The notes: generated from the letters alone by a model not told the origin. 45,191 bases of DNA from Craspedostauros australis (GCA_030167865.1 JALAGF010002785.1:1-45191); one strand, 5' to 3'; counted from the stretch's first letter, positions 20,866-33,384 are shown. Made by a program: numbers and translations.

Positions 20866-22073
20866 GTTGTGGGTAATAGTCTGTGGTGGAGCAATGGGAT
20901 TTGTCGACTGGTCTTGTCGTCGATCACCTTGCGCAAAGTTGATCGTTGCTTCTCTTGATTTTCAATGTGAGGCAATGTGTGGCAATGTCTTCGATGCATC
21001 GCTTCACAGCCATATCAACACCGACCACAACACCAACACCCACCATGGGACAGACATCGGCATCCTCATCCCAATACTTGTACGAGTATACACATAGATC
21101 GTACATGGTCCACCAACCAAGCAAAGTGTCTGCGTCTGCGTTGGTGTTGTGTGTTTTGATTGCGTTCCGTGTTGCGTGAGGTTGGTGCGTCATTCTATTC
21201 ACGAATCAACGTTGTTCATGACTGCAAGTTGAATCTTCGACCAAGTCGATCACAAGTCCCTCCTCTTCTTTTTGAACGAGGGACACACATACGACTACAT
21301 TTCTGGACATGAACACGATCATGTGTCCTGCGCAACTCCGATTGTTGTGTTTTTGCGTCACAAATCTGTCCATACTCCAACTCTTGTCGACGAGCAGATG
21401 ACTGTCGACACCGGCCTTCCATCATCAGCCACCTCCCTATGAACAGGAGAGGAGACCGTTTCGGGAAAGTCGGCAACATGTGGAAGTGCAACTCACATCG
21501 TCGGAGTGCACGCAAACATGACTCGGTGCAACATCCAATGCTCCAAACTTTCAACTTTGCTCTCTGTTTGGTGATCATGTCCACAGTCGTTACAGTTGTC
21601 AAGACTTGTTGCGGGTTCTGCTGGGACCCAAACGGCAACATCATCTCCGTTGTGTCCCTTCTCAGTCCTTCTCACAAAATCAAAACGATACAGATCCAAA
21701 ACCTTCCGTAGCTATTCAGCGCCGTCACATCGTGTTCCTCCATCTCATCTCATCTCGTTGCATTCCATCAAGGCAACTTCAGCAACCCAATAAAACACAC
21801 GCACACACACATACACAAACCACCGCCAGCAAACGAAGAAGCAAGGTATTTGGTGGTGAGACATCAAACTCCATCCTCTTCTCGCTCATAAATTCCATCT
21901 CCTGCCAACAAGCCAACCAACCCACCAACCGAGATCAGATCAAGCTAACCGAAGCCATCATCAGGGATAGCACAACTCGACCACCAAAGCAAGCGGCCAG
22001 TCTTCAGTCAACGCTCACCAAACAACCAGCAACCAATAATCAGCAATCAATCTGCAACAACCAATCTGCCATC

Positions 22074-23219
22074 ATGCCAGCCAGAATCGAAAAGCAGAAC
22101 GCGTGCGGCTTCCTCGCCAAGATCATTACGTGCCTTGCGCGTCTGTGTCTCATCGCGTACACCATCTTGGCCGTTCTCAGCCTCTTGGAAATGGAACAGC
22201 TCTTCCATGGTGGCAGCTTCGGTCTCAGAAGTGGATCCCAATCTTTCTATCATCTCGAAGGCGACACGCTCTACGTATCCCTGGCCATGTGCGCACCATC
22301 CAACCTCGACATCCTCGACGTCGAAAGTGAGCTCCCCGCGGACGGGTCTGCTGAGAACGAAACCTCCGCCACTCTCTCCCCCACCAGCAACAGTGGCAAC
22401 TCAACTGAAGACTTTGGCGCAAGCTCGAACTTCACCCAGACCTCCTTCCAACTTCAGATGCAACAGGAGGATCAACACATTATTGACGCCGCATCTTCCA
22501 CCGTGTCGCAATCGCCCAACACGTGCCGCTCCATCGGCTACCTCATCAACGCCTGTGCCGCGGCCTTGGCCTTCTCAGCGTTCGCCTCCATCCTCTACAT
22601 CGTGATCGACCTCATGGCTCGCTACGGTTACGGCCCAATCAACACATCGGCAGCCGGCGGCATGGGACTGTTCCTCGTTTTCATCTTGCTCCAGGCGGCC
22701 ATCTCGGTGATCGCCTTGAAGGGCCAGACCGACTACTGGGTCGACTACTTCCAAGACCTGGTGGACGACGCCAACAACGGAGCGGGCACCGATGTCATCG
22801 AGCACGTCGAGAGTGAAACCGACACCACGTACTGGTGGATCACTGCGTTCGTTGCCTTGGCCGCATCCGGGCTCGCTCTTCTGGACTGGCTCACGTACAA
22901 GTGCTGCACCCGAAAGATCGTGATCCCTGATGAAGAAGAGGAGATGATGAAGGCCCAACAGACAATGAGCAACCAGCAGAGAGCGATCGAGGTGGCCACA
23001 CAAGGATCCCCCAGATCAATGGCGTCTGGGATGACGGAAGTGGACCTGTGCACACCACAGAACGGCGACATGACCGAGTCATCATCGTCACCATCAACGT
23101 CGTCATTTGACAAGGATGCCGCCGCAGCAAAACAGGAGATTGACTTCAATGTCTACACCCGGCCATCCGTCACCCTCACAGCATCTGATCGTCCGTCCTG
23201 GGTGACCGACAACGTTTGA
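22074..23219 (+). CDS. Uncharacterised four-transmembrane protein (381 aa)
   Basis: ATG at 22074 in-frame within ORF 21606-23219; coding-like GC3 bias begins there. Four hydrophobic helices (LCLIAYTILAVLSLL; AAALAFSAFASILYIVI; MGLFLVFILLQAAISVIAL; WWITAFVALAASGLALL). Large Cys-flanked first loop with NxS/T sites. Confidence 0.8.
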   Translation: MPARIEKQNACGFLAKIITCLARLCLIAYTILAVLSLLEMEQLFHGGSFGLRSGSQSFYHLEGDTLYVSLAMCAPSNLDILDVESELPADGSAENETSATLSPTSNSGNSTEDFGASSNFTQTSFQLQMQQEDQHIIDAASSTVSQSPNTCRSIGYLINACAAALAFSAFASILYIVIDLMARYGYGPINTSAAGGMGLFLVFILLQAAISVIALKGQTDYWVDYFQDLVDDANNGAGTDVIEHVESETDTTYWWITAFVALAASGLALLDWLTYKCCTRKIVIPDEEEEMMKAQQTMSNQQRAIEVATQGSPRSMASGMTEVDLCTPQNGDMTESSSSPSTSSFDKDAAAAKQEIDFNVYTRPSVTLTASDRPSWVTDNV

Positions 23220-24984
23220 GCCTTTTTCCACACACCCGCTCGACCCGCGCTCTGCCCGTGAACAGTCCGTTCCCATGTACTCCAAACAGAGTTGCTTCTC
23301 TAGTACAGGCGCTCATGGAGAGTAGAATACTGTGTTTTATACGTCCGTAACATTAACAACAACTGAATGAAGATACGAGCCCTCGACCACATCCTACTCT
23401 CATGAACATGTGCTGGAGAACGATTGATTTGAACATCGCAACCGTGTTCAACATCGACACACTGCCTGCACACATACGTCATCATCGCCCTCGCATCCGC
23501 GCCTTGACATTCGCACTCCCATGGGAGCGTAAGTATAGCAGGTGCCCTCTGCTATTCGTTCTACGATGCTCTACTCTTTTCTGCTCTGTCAGTTGGCTCT
23601 ATTCTCCACTGCACACTACTGCATTCTCTCTTTCGAGTCGTGTTGCAAAATTGATGTTCAAATTTCTATCAGAAATCGATGATTTTCCAAAACAAAATCG
23701 CGACAGCGCACCCATCATGTCCTTTGCGACATCTATCAGATACACACTCGAAGCCACTTGTGGTGACATCATTCCGCTCACAACATTCCGTTTTGATGGT
23801 TTGGTTCGCAGACAATGACCCTGCTCGTGCTCGTTGAGTAGGCGAGACGAGACAAATCGCGCTTACCGCCAAGCAAGCACACGGCAACGTTCGATTGTGA
23901 TCCCTCATGATTACACTGGTGCAGACACGCGAGCAGGCTCCGCCCGATCTACTCGTGCTTGTGCTCAGGTGTTGTCACCATGGAGCTTTTCGCAATACTT
24001 GACGGATCCATGGAGACGGGTCCACGAGAGACGGACGGAAAGGAATGAGGCGATCGTGCAAAAGCGTCCATTTGCGAGCACTGCCAATCACAAGCAAAAT
24101 CGTTCCAGTGTGTTTCTTGTGTGGTTTGCAAGTCGATGGTCGCGCTTGGCATCACTCTGATGCATGGTGGAATGCATGAAGGAATGTTTGAAGGAGGTGC
24201 ATGGCACTCGCAATAATTTGTGTATGCTTCTCTCGAATCCTAGTGACGTGGGCAGTCGCATCGCAATCGAGCCGACTGCAATACTTCGTACTCGTGGAGT
24301 CGTCGTTTGGCACTCCTCCACCCGGCACAAGGACTCGTATGGATTGAAGCGACGGACGCGTGGACAAAATGGGAAACCACGCGCTGATCCAGCAGACGTG
24401 CGAAGAGAACACGGCGATGGTCATCCCATACCGCAACATGGGATTGTGTAGGCTTTGTCATTGCCTTTAATGGATTTTGTTTGCAGTGTTGTTGAGACCT
24501 GCCTGGTCGTAAGTGGAGTCGCGTCCAGGGTCGTTTTCGTGATGGTGTGATTCTGTCAGTTTCTCGTCGATGGTGCATCAACGCAAAGAAGCATGGCAAT
24601 GGGATACCTTGATCGGTCGAAGGGGCCGGGATCATGAAAGAGAGGCAATTGCGTTCGTACCTGTGGGTCTTGGGCTGCCGACGGATGGATGAATCATTCG
24701 ATGCTGGTCATTGTTTCCCGAGACGTTGTTTTGCATCACCGCCTTGTTGGTGATGAGCGGGAGCCATTCTTGGTTTGTGTTCGAACTTATTGCATTCCAC
24801 ATCATGGATGACGGCTCGGCTGCACGCAACAAGAGGAGACAGAAAGAAGAAATACTCGCCATGGTGCGTTGTGGCATGGTATTTATGTATTATTTCCGTA
24901 ATGTTGGTTGACAGTCGAGCAGGCAGGCGGAGTAGAGTGCTCTATGTAGATTGATCGATGGAAACACAGATGAAGAGCGAAAGA

Positions 24985-25007
24985 AGAGAGAGAGAGAGAG
25001 AGAGAGA
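24985..25007. repeat. (GA)n microsatellite
   Basis: About 11 GA units. Similar tracts occur near 5770, 9458, 17818, 19893 and 40652. Confidence 0.9.
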
Positions 25008-26983
25008 CAGAGGGGGTCCGCTCTCCCGGGCTCGACACAAGAACGAAGGATACATCGACGGAGATCCTACCTCCGTTACATGCCGATAGGACAGACCAAA
25101 GCGCAATTGGCCACGAGAGAATAGAGTAGAGCGCTCTGACTTATGGTAGTTTGCCGTCACAAAGTGAGTTCCTTGGGTACCGGCGCCACGTAATCGTATC
25201 GTGGAGCAGCTTGTCAGTGTGTGGTACCGTGACACCAGCCAACTCAACTGCCGCTGGCTGAGGTATGAGGTGCGACGTTGAGCATACAAGCTTTCAACTC
25301 CAGGCACATTCGAGATAGCCTATCAACCAACCCTGAAGTACAACAAACCAAATCAAAAGTTCCGTTGCTGGGTGAAACTGCACCAGCGCAGGTGTGGAGA
25401 TGGGACACCAAACTGCGGTGGTCTGACCATGGGGAATGATGTCTCTTCTTCTGCCAATTCGCCACCACGCGGCAAATCCGAGCCACCAATACGAATGAAC
25501 CTCGCGACGGTTGCGAAAGTTGCAGCGAAAGTGGCAGCGGAAGGTAATGGAGGCGGATGGCGGTCCGACGTGTTGCGCAATCCCACGTGCGTCTTGTCTG
25601 CACTATGTGTACATGTCCTTCTGTCGCATCTGGAAGGTTGAGCGGCGTCACACCATGTCTAAATGTTCGTGGGATCGTGAACATTCAACTACCTGATCCT
25701 ATGATTTGGGGGAGGCGCATGTCATTCTGCCCAGACCGTAGTTGCCTTTGTTTAAGGGACAAGGACTCCGGAAATAGGCTTCGTGGAAACCGCAAGTGCG
25801 TCTGTCTATGCAACTGAGCTGCGCTTTCTATCGCGAGGCGACACGGTAGGTGGAGAGAAAGTTCGGAATTGCGCTATCTATTTGTCGTTCTTCATGTCAC
25901 AAAAGATGGTTTTCGACAGGGTACTGCAGCGTCTTGCGACATTGCAGTGGTCTTGTTTACACAACCAACGGCGAATTGGTTTTTATTGTGCGCATGGACG
26001 TTTGGAACATGGATTCATCCAATCTCGTGTGTGCGGGCTTGTCTCCGTGTCACTTGGGCTGCATCTGCTCCTTGTTGTTTCTGGAACTCATGTCTGAAAC
26101 GGCTTGGTATTCGAACGAATGCACTTCCATTTAAATGTGACGAATGCAAGTTTGTCAAGAAAAGTGGTTGGGAAGGTCTGAGTTCTTGACAGGGTGCGAA
26201 CGGTTGTGTCATTTGTGGTGAAGTTCTTCCCTGTTTCTGGGCATTCTGGGCTTCGCTCACACAGTCGCAACACATGCACGAGGTCCATAAGTATCAGTAC
26301 GCAGAAATCACTTTTTGTGTTCCTTTGCGAAGTCACCTCGCAAAGCCTCGACTTCGCCCCCCTTGCAGACACGCACGAACCGTGCGTCACATGACCAGAA
26401 TGGCGGATGCACAAGACGGAGATCGAATCGACCGCGAGATGCGTGAGCGAGTGGTGGCTGAGGCTGCAGAAGTCGTCGAGGGTTGCACTTTCCGTCGTTT
26501 CCCGCCTTTCTTCGCAGTTTTGTGGGATTCGTGGCTATTGACACGAACTGTTCGTGGCAAGGGGCCAGAAAGGCAAACAGCGAAGCGCGCAGTTGTTGTT
26601 GCCTACGTCATGAACACCATGTGAGGGAGAACTACTCTACAACTCTGACCGAAACTGCCCCACTCGATACAACCCAACACAAAACTTCCGACGCTTCTCA
26701 CAACCTTCGCTTCACCATTCTTCCTTCACCTCTTTGCTTCCTTCACATTCATTGCATGTCTCAGCTGCTCTCACACTGCGCAACACACAACGGACAACTC
26801 AAGACGCACCTTTGCGCACAACTTCGCTGCTCTGAGCTGTCCTGTCCCACAATTCTCGCATCATCCGCAGCACATCCTCATCCTTGTGCAGAACTCCACA
26901 CAAGTCCAAATCGTGGTCACAAAATCTCGCGATACATCGTCGACTCCTCCAGACTCCACAACAGCAACACCAGCAGCAACAAC

Positions 26984-27868
26984 ATGTGCAACAACGACAT
27001 GAACTTGACCTCTCAGCGCAACGGACCTTCCACGGGACGACGAACCGTCCCCTTCCAGAAGCCGGAGATGAATGAGATCAGCAAGAGGGATGCTGGCGAC
27101 TGCGACGATGCTTCCGTCTCCTCAACCATCTCGTCATCATCCATCCTCTCATCATCATCGATCGACACCGAACCATCCTCCTTCTCCATGTCACTGCCAA
27201 GCGATGACGGCGCCAACGCAGACGAAAGTCGCATCAACAGCAGGATCAGAAGGAGGAGGCGCGAGGCCCTCGGCCAGCCAGTCCAACCCATCAGATCCTA
27301 CGACACCTGCAGGCGCAACAAGCGTGCCTCGAGAAGCATCCGCAACGCATACACTCTCTCCCAGCTACCACCAGTCACCATCGAATTCGAGACCTCCATG
27401 ATGGAGGCCCAGATGCAGGAACGACCGAGGCCACGATCTTGCCAAAAGCCAGTGACGAAGTACTCCTCTGCTCCACTTTCACTGTCTCAGCTGGGCAGAC
27501 GCAACAGCTGCGGTGCCGTCTCCGCACTGCGTCGTCATCAGGATGAGAGAAGGATGCGCATCTCGGTGCATTCGGGCTGCTCGAAGGCCAACAGCGACCG
27601 TCCTTTGAGACAGATCCAGCTGGCGCTCATGGCCAAGACCCCACCCTCCTCCATGAAGGCCACACGACGCAGATCAGATCAGCTGTCAAGGCACTCCCGA
27701 CGCTCCTCCGTCTGCAGCATCGAGATCTCCGAAAGTGACATGTACAGCGTCTCCAGGAGATCAAGACGTGGCAGCCTCACGCTGACCACCAGTCTGGAGG
27801 GCCTGCCACGCTCCGGCACCGTATCCTCACGGAGATCCATCCCATCGAGGCCCGCGGTCTCTCCATGA
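26984..27868 (+). CDS. Hypothetical Ser/Arg-rich disordered protein (~294 aa)
   Basis: ATG at 26984 (MCNNDMNL) within ORF 26483-27868. Many RRxS motifs and coding-like codon usage. No family recognised. Confidence 0.65.
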   Translation: MCNNDMNLTSQRNGPSTGRRTVPFQKPEMNEISKRDAGDCDDASVSSTISSSSILSSSSIDTEPSSFSMSLPSDDGANADESRINSRIRRRRREALGQPVQPIRSYDTCRRNKRASRSIRNAYTLSQLPPVTIEFETSMMEAQMQERPRPRSCQKPVTKYSSAPLSLSQLGRRNSCGAVSALRRHQDERRMRISVHSGCSKANSDRPLRQIQLALMAKTPPSSMKATRRRSDQLSRHSRRSSVCSIEISESDMYSVSRRSRRGSLTLTTSLEGLPRSGTVSSRRSIPSRPAVSP

Positions 27869-28694
27869 GCACACACACGCCACAGGCAAGGCATCAGGTC
27901 GGATCCGGTCGAAAGAGACGCGACGGGAAGGAGGATGCATGGATCGTGCTGCACCCCATCTGTCTACCCATCTACTATAATGTATTATATCATATAATCC
28001 ATCCATTCAACTACCATACGCTATCACACACATCCAACGTCGCCAGAGATCTTCTTGTCACAGCATCATTCATGTAACGGCACGATCATGGTACCAAGGT
28101 CGGAGCGGTACTATTCGCAGGCGATGGCGCACACATGTCCGTACCAGTCCTCTCTATTCCATCTCAAGGACGAGCCATACTCCCACCACACACACGATCG
28201 TTGGAGGATCATCAGTTCGTCACTTTCGCAATTGTCGGTTTCGCCGTGTTCCCACGAAGTCCGATAGTCGCTGACTCCGACACATCAGTGTCACAAAGAC
28301 ATTCCAGAGGCGATTGTGATGGAGTTCAGCACTAATTTAGTTCATTTGAAATCTGAATTCCACGATCATTCCATTTAGTCGTACGAACTTGGAGGAGACA
28401 CGATTGGGTCCGCAACCACAAAAATGATCCACGGTATCGTTTTCATCACGATCGTGGGAATTCTCGCTCAGACGAACTCGCGCGAGAGACGAGGATCGCT
28501 GCCTTCGGATCCATCAATCTCCATACGTCGCCAGCAGAAGGAATGAAGGAACAGGCGAGCGGCAATGGCTGTTGGTTTGAGGCATACCCGTGTATTTGCA
28601 CCTACATGTACATGCACAAGTACTATATGTACAGAAGACAGCAGTCCAGGACGAAGGAGACGTGAAAGTCGTGAAAGTCGTGGAAGACGTGGAG

Positions 28695-30539
28695 ATGTCC
28701 TCCATGATGCACGGTGGCAGTGTTGATGATGATCAACATGCTGTGGTTGGACTCACGACAGACCAAGTGGAGACGTACCTACGTGATGGCGTCCTGGTGG
28801 TTGATGATGTCCTCGACGAGCAGGAGTTGGAAGCGGCAAGGTCGGGGTTGCGACGCACGCTGATGGATCACGGCATCCATGAGTGTGATGCCGACGCGAT
28901 GCTCAATGACGACAACGAAGCAGATCTGTCGGCCGTCGCATCGCGCATCTCGATGGAATCGATCAAGGCATTCCAAGACCTCTCTTCAACGAATGGAAGC
29001 GGAGGCGTTTTGGATGTATTCTACGTAAACTGGAAGTTCCAGATCGCCAGCAACCCGCGGTTGTGGAACATGACGAAGCAGCTGTGGGAAGCCGCGTATT
29101 GTCACGATGGCGAGACGATGGAGGATGTTGGTGGACAATCCGCCGATCAGGCTCATCGTTGGCATCCTTACGGCGAGCATGATATCAACAAGGGATACAT
29201 GTACGTTGATCGGATTGGGTTTCGGCTGCCGTCATGTTTGTCTGATCAGCTCGGCCGTCAGATGCATCTTCGCGACAGGAGTGCGGACGCGAGTGAAGAT
29301 GGGCGGAGGAAGATCAATGTCGATCCTCCAAGCTCTCCAACCCAGTCCAGCAACGCGGCAAAGAAGCTGCAGAAGAAGCTGAAGAATCAGAGCCTGCAAA
29401 GATCATTGACGCCTCATTTGGACTGCTGCCCGGACACGTACAACACGTTGCCATCTGCATTCAAAGCACCGTCATCATCTGGCACTGAAGCTCGGGTGCC
29501 TCCCAGGAACGGCAAGCTGCCAAAGTGGCGTCCCATCCAATGCTTCATCTCCTTAAGTGACAGCACCGAACCAAACACTGGAGGTTTCGAGGCAGCGAAG
29601 GGCTTTCATCGTGACTTTGATGAATGGCGAAAGAATCGACAACCAGCGATTGTCACGCGGAGAGTCAAGCTGACGCAGAAGCAGCAGCAGCAGAGGAAGA
29701 AAAGTAAAGGAAAAGAACTGGAGAGGCAGAGGCAGCATCCGAGCGGATATGAGAGAGGTGGTGGGCGGCCACGCAAGAGTGATGGACATGGGATTGAGGC
29801 AGCACTGGGCGCAAATACAGTGCTGCAGGAAACAACAGCAGCTGCAACCGAAACCGGAGATGGAGGAGAAGACAGCGGTTGTTCGCAGACCAAGGTGGAG
29901 ACCAGCAGAGCGAACAGCAGTGGGACCGACGCAGACACAACACAGCATGCACCGCAACCATTCAAGGTGATGACCAACGCGGCTGGGCAGCAGATCGAAG
30001 TGCACGAGATCCCCCCTCCGTGCGTCGGAGAGTACAGTCACATTCGCCCCAAGGAAGACAAGGAGGTGATGGAAAGGGTGGTTCACATTCCAGCGCGGGC
30101 TGGATCTGCAGTATTTTGGGACAATCGCATTCCGCACGCCAACGCCTATCGTCATGATGGCATCCAGCCTCGGTCGGTTGTGTACTGTTCCTTCCTGCCT
30201 GACGTAGAGATCAACCGAGCCTATGCGAAAGATCAATTGGCCAAGTTCCATGCTGGGATGAAACCGACAGATCAGTGGATTCACATGGATGACCGTGAGG
30301 ACGACAAGAAGAACGAGGATGAAGACGCGAGGCCGCAGCACCCGAGCATACAGAATCCTGTAGATTCAGCTGGCGAACTCAAAGTCGCCACTACTGCAAC
30401 TGCAGCTACAGCTACAGGTGCAGGCACTCCGAGGAACCAATCCAACGACCAGATGGGAGCTCCAAAGCAGACACAGCTGCAGCAGAGAATACGGCTGTCA
30501 GCGTTAGGAGAGCAGTTGATGGGAATCCGCAGCTGGTGA
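28695..30539 (+). CDS. Phytanoyl-CoA dioxygenase-like 2OG-Fe(II) oxygenase
   Basis: LTTDQVETYLRDGVLVVDDVLDEQELEAAR (PhyH N-terminus), PHLD (HxD), IQCFISLSD...GGFEAAKGFH, AGSAVFWDNRIPHAN (distal His), PRSVVY (2OG-binding Arg). First in-frame ATG is at 28695. Confidence 0.85.
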   Translation: MSSMMHGGSVDDDQHAVVGLTTDQVETYLRDGVLVVDDVLDEQELEAARSGLRRTLMDHGIHECDADAMLNDDNEADLSAVASRISMESIKAFQDLSSTNGSGGVLDVFYVNWKFQIASNPRLWNMTKQLWEAAYCHDGETMEDVGGQSADQAHRWHPYGEHDINKGYMYVDRIGFRLPSCLSDQLGRQMHLRDRSADASEDGRRKINVDPPSSPTQSSNAAKKLQKKLKNQSLQRSLTPHLDCCPDTYNTLPSAFKAPSSSGTEARVPPRNGKLPKWRPIQCFISLSDSTEPNTGGFEAAKGFHRDFDEWRKNRQPAIVTRRVKLTQKQQQQRKKSKGKELERQRQHPSGYERGGGRPRKSDGHGIEAALGANTVLQETTAAATETGDGGEDSGCSQTKVETSRANSSGTDADTTQHAPQPFKVMTNAAGQQIEVHEIPPPCVGEYSHIRPKEDKEVMERVVHIPARAGSAVFWDNRIPHANAYRHDGIQPRSVVYCSFLPDVEINRAYAKDQLAKFHAGMKPTDQWIHMDDREDDKKNEDEDARPQHPSIQNPVDSAGELKVATTATAATATGAGTPRNQSNDQMGAPKQTQLQQRIRLSALGEQLMGIRSW

Positions 30540-31230
30540 CATTTGCACTCGCGCCAACACAAGGCAAGGCAAAGCATCGGCCGGGATGCCCGCTCCTTGC
30601 CGTCGCGAGATGCGATAGCGTAAATCAATGCAGTCTGCTTTCCTTGCGGTCTTGTGTGTGGGAATACCGTGACTGCAATGCTGAACGAAAGAGAGCATAG
30701 AGTTGCACATGGGCGTACGGTACTGTATTATATGTATGAGCATGAGTATGGTAGACAGGGCACCCTGATGTAACGAGAACATTGGTACACATCCAACCGG
30801 TCGACGACTCTACTGAAGCTACAAAAGTAGCGCGCATGTCGTGCGTACGTACTTGAGCAGGGGTCATTCTCCATTCGTAGTCGTATGGTGTGAGCAAAGA
30901 CATGCCGAGGAAGATGCCAATACGAGCAGTCATGTTGCGGCATGGCCTCTCGAAATCATGGGATGGCTCGCAATACACATTGCTGATAGTAGACATGGAT
31001 CTGTGGCATCTGAAAGTGCTGGTCTATTGTAATAGTCTCTATTGGTACATGCGGCTGGCGCAAGGACAGATAATCAATGGGACGAACCAAAGCATTCTAC
31101 TATGGTTTGTCCCATGATTCATGTGCCTACGGTGTGGCGAGGTATGATGTGTTGCGTTTGGGTGCGAAGCGGAAGCCTCTCACGATGAGGCATAGTCACA
31201 TTCGACACGACCGACGAGTGCATACCATGC

Positions 31231-31875
31231 TTATGGAAGCACGACAGCACGCTCCTTGGCCTCGACGTTGATAGTCTCAAGCTCGAACGCTGGGATGCTG
31301 CTATCCTCACCTTCGGCATCAATGTCGATGTCGGCCTGATCCTGGGCCTCCATGACTTCGGACTCGGCGATCTGGTCGACGGCTGGCTCGACTGGAACGT
31401 CCTCATCCTCGTGGTGGTGATGATCGTGGTGTCCCTTGTATCCCTTGTGGCTTCCGTGGGCCTTGTTGCTCTTGGATCCGTGCCGGTGGTGCTCATGCTC
31501 ATGCTCGTGGTCATGCTTGTGCTCGTGCTCGCCGCTCTTGATGAACTTGCCGCTGGACTTGGATCCCTTGTGCACGTGCATGTCGTGGTAGCCTGGGTGG
31601 CGATCCATCTCGGAGTCCTCCTCTTCTTCCTGTTCTTCGGACTCGTTCTCCTGGAATCGACCGAGCTTGTTGGCCTTCTTGGCATCGAGCTCCAACGTCT
31701 CCATCTCTGGCTCCACGTCACTGGATGACGATGAGGAGGAAGAGGAGGAGGAAGAGCTTCCGCTGCTCTCATGGTGACGGCCCTTGATCATGTTCTTGAT
31801 GTTCTCTCCGAAGCGGGCTTCGGCTTTGGAGGCCAAGAGGGCGAGGAGGAGGGTGGCTGGTGCGATGAGCTTCAT
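31231..31875 (-). CDS. Secreted His-rich / acidic / Ser-Lys low-complexity protein (214 aa)
   Basis: ATG at 31875 gives signal peptide MKLIAPATLLLALLASKAEA, then poly-Ser, a Glu-rich block, a His/Lys block (HEHKHDHEHEHEHHRH, GHHDHHHH) and an acidic tail. Confidence 0.85.
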   Translation of the reverse strand: MKLIAPATLLLALLASKAEARFGENIKNMIKGRHHESSGSSSSSSSSSSSSSDVEPEMETLELDAKKANKLGRFQENESEEQEEEEDSEMDRHPGYHDMHVHKGSKSSGKFIKSGEHEHKHDHEHEHEHHRHGSKSNKAHGSHKGYKGHHDHHHHEDEDVPVEPAVDQIAESEVMEAQDQADIDIDAEGEDSSIPAFELETINVEAKERAVVLP

Positions 31876-33384
31876 GGTGAGGTGTTTGGTTGGTTGGATG
31901 CTGTTGATGAGTTGCTGTTGGCGGATTGATGAGATTGTGAGATGATGGAGAGCTGAAAGTCTCAGGATGAGGTCTGCACATGGTTGACTGTTGGATGCCG
32001 CCACAAACAGCACAAGAACAACGAGAAGATGATGATCGGGACAAAAGTTGTCACCAACGGCTCGCGTTGTACGCTCCCACCAACACGTTGATTCATGTTG
32101 ATTCGTGGGGGAGTGTTGCATGCTTCTCCCCTCACCGTACGTTCTCTGCATCTCTTCCAATTCACCGGTTGTCCATTCCGCAATCGGAATTGTGGAAGTT
32201 CCACGGCACTTAAATAATACGACATTGATATCGTGTCAATTTGTGTCCTATGTATGTCACTAAGACATGGGAGAAGCATCGTCGTCGTTCGAATCATCTC
32301 CTCCACATCGCAACCGCGAATGACAATCGTGTCAAAACCGATCGGATGAAAAGTTCGAAAACGGGATTCGGTTTGACTTCGTCGACCAAACACACACAGG
32401 CTGGGATGCCTGATTGCGTGCTTGGCGCCATTGTGCACCAACGAGCGTGTTCTGCGTTGTTCCTTGTGCAGGTCGTCATCGTGCGCGCAAGTGCTTCGGT
32501 TTTGTGACACTCTTTGGCTTGTTTCGTGGGATTGGTCTACCAACCGTTATTGTCGTGCCAAATGTGAGCTTCAACCTGTCACAATTTGTCATGCGGAGGG
32601 ACGATCTGCTCCTCGCGCCTGCGATTCGTTGGCCTGGATCATGTCCTCCTCCTCCACAATCTCAGCGCCTACAAGCGACAACACGTTCTATGGATATCAC
32701 AAATACGAGCCACCATTACCCATGGTACGAGCTGCGAGTGCCCGGAGATGGATGCGAGCGAGTGGTATTGTTCCCGGGCTCGACAAAGCACATCCACCAA
32801 TCGTTGGTTGCGTCAATCCCCTTGCTGCCTTCCCACTTGTATCTCCCTCCTTCACCATGGGGTTGCGATCGTGTGATCATTCAAGTTCCTTTCCACCATC
32901 ATGCATCTCAAGTGTTGCAGCACGGACAACCTCTCTAGAGGGAGAAGAGTGACCATGCTCAATTCTGTAGATACGTGCAGCCCAGTGATCGCAAATACAA
33001 TTGGCCAGGTTGCAAAGTGATGACGGTCGCCATTGAATCGAGAGCGCATTTACCATGCGAGAGACTGATAAGACGCCCGAGGCGCAAGACAGCCCGCATG
33101 GAATCACGTTGCAGGTATCAACTTTCTTGCAGCTGTCGCATGCCATCATGCTGCTGCATAGTATTGTGTAATGGACGACCTTGGACAACGAGGATGTGTG
33201 GCGTATCTACTGTGTAGAGTAGAATAACTTGTATTGTATTATGTAGATGTGCATGCGCGATGAGCTGCGTGTGCAATACATTTAGTTTATGTAATGGTGG
33301 GAGGAAGGATTTGAATGATCTGTCGAAGGGCTTCACTAGCAGCACCTTCCTCGGGCCCACCAACCTTCATCAAGAGCGTCCAAA

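Noticed and set aside
21606..22073. 156-codon in-frame N-terminal extension of the 4-TM protein
   Set aside because: Non-ATG start and CA/CAA-rich UTR-like sequence; coding bias begins at ATG 22074.
23300..26480. Many short ORFs in a 3-kb intergenic stretch
   Set aside because: No recognisable motifs, codon bias or consistent splice model.
26483..26983. In-frame upstream extension of the Ser/Arg-rich ORF
   Set aside because: Non-ATG start and C/A-rich UTR-like composition; 26984 is the more plausible start.
32400..33200. Overlapping 170-aa ORFs
   Set aside because: Non-ATG starts and no recognisable domain; cannot support a gene call.
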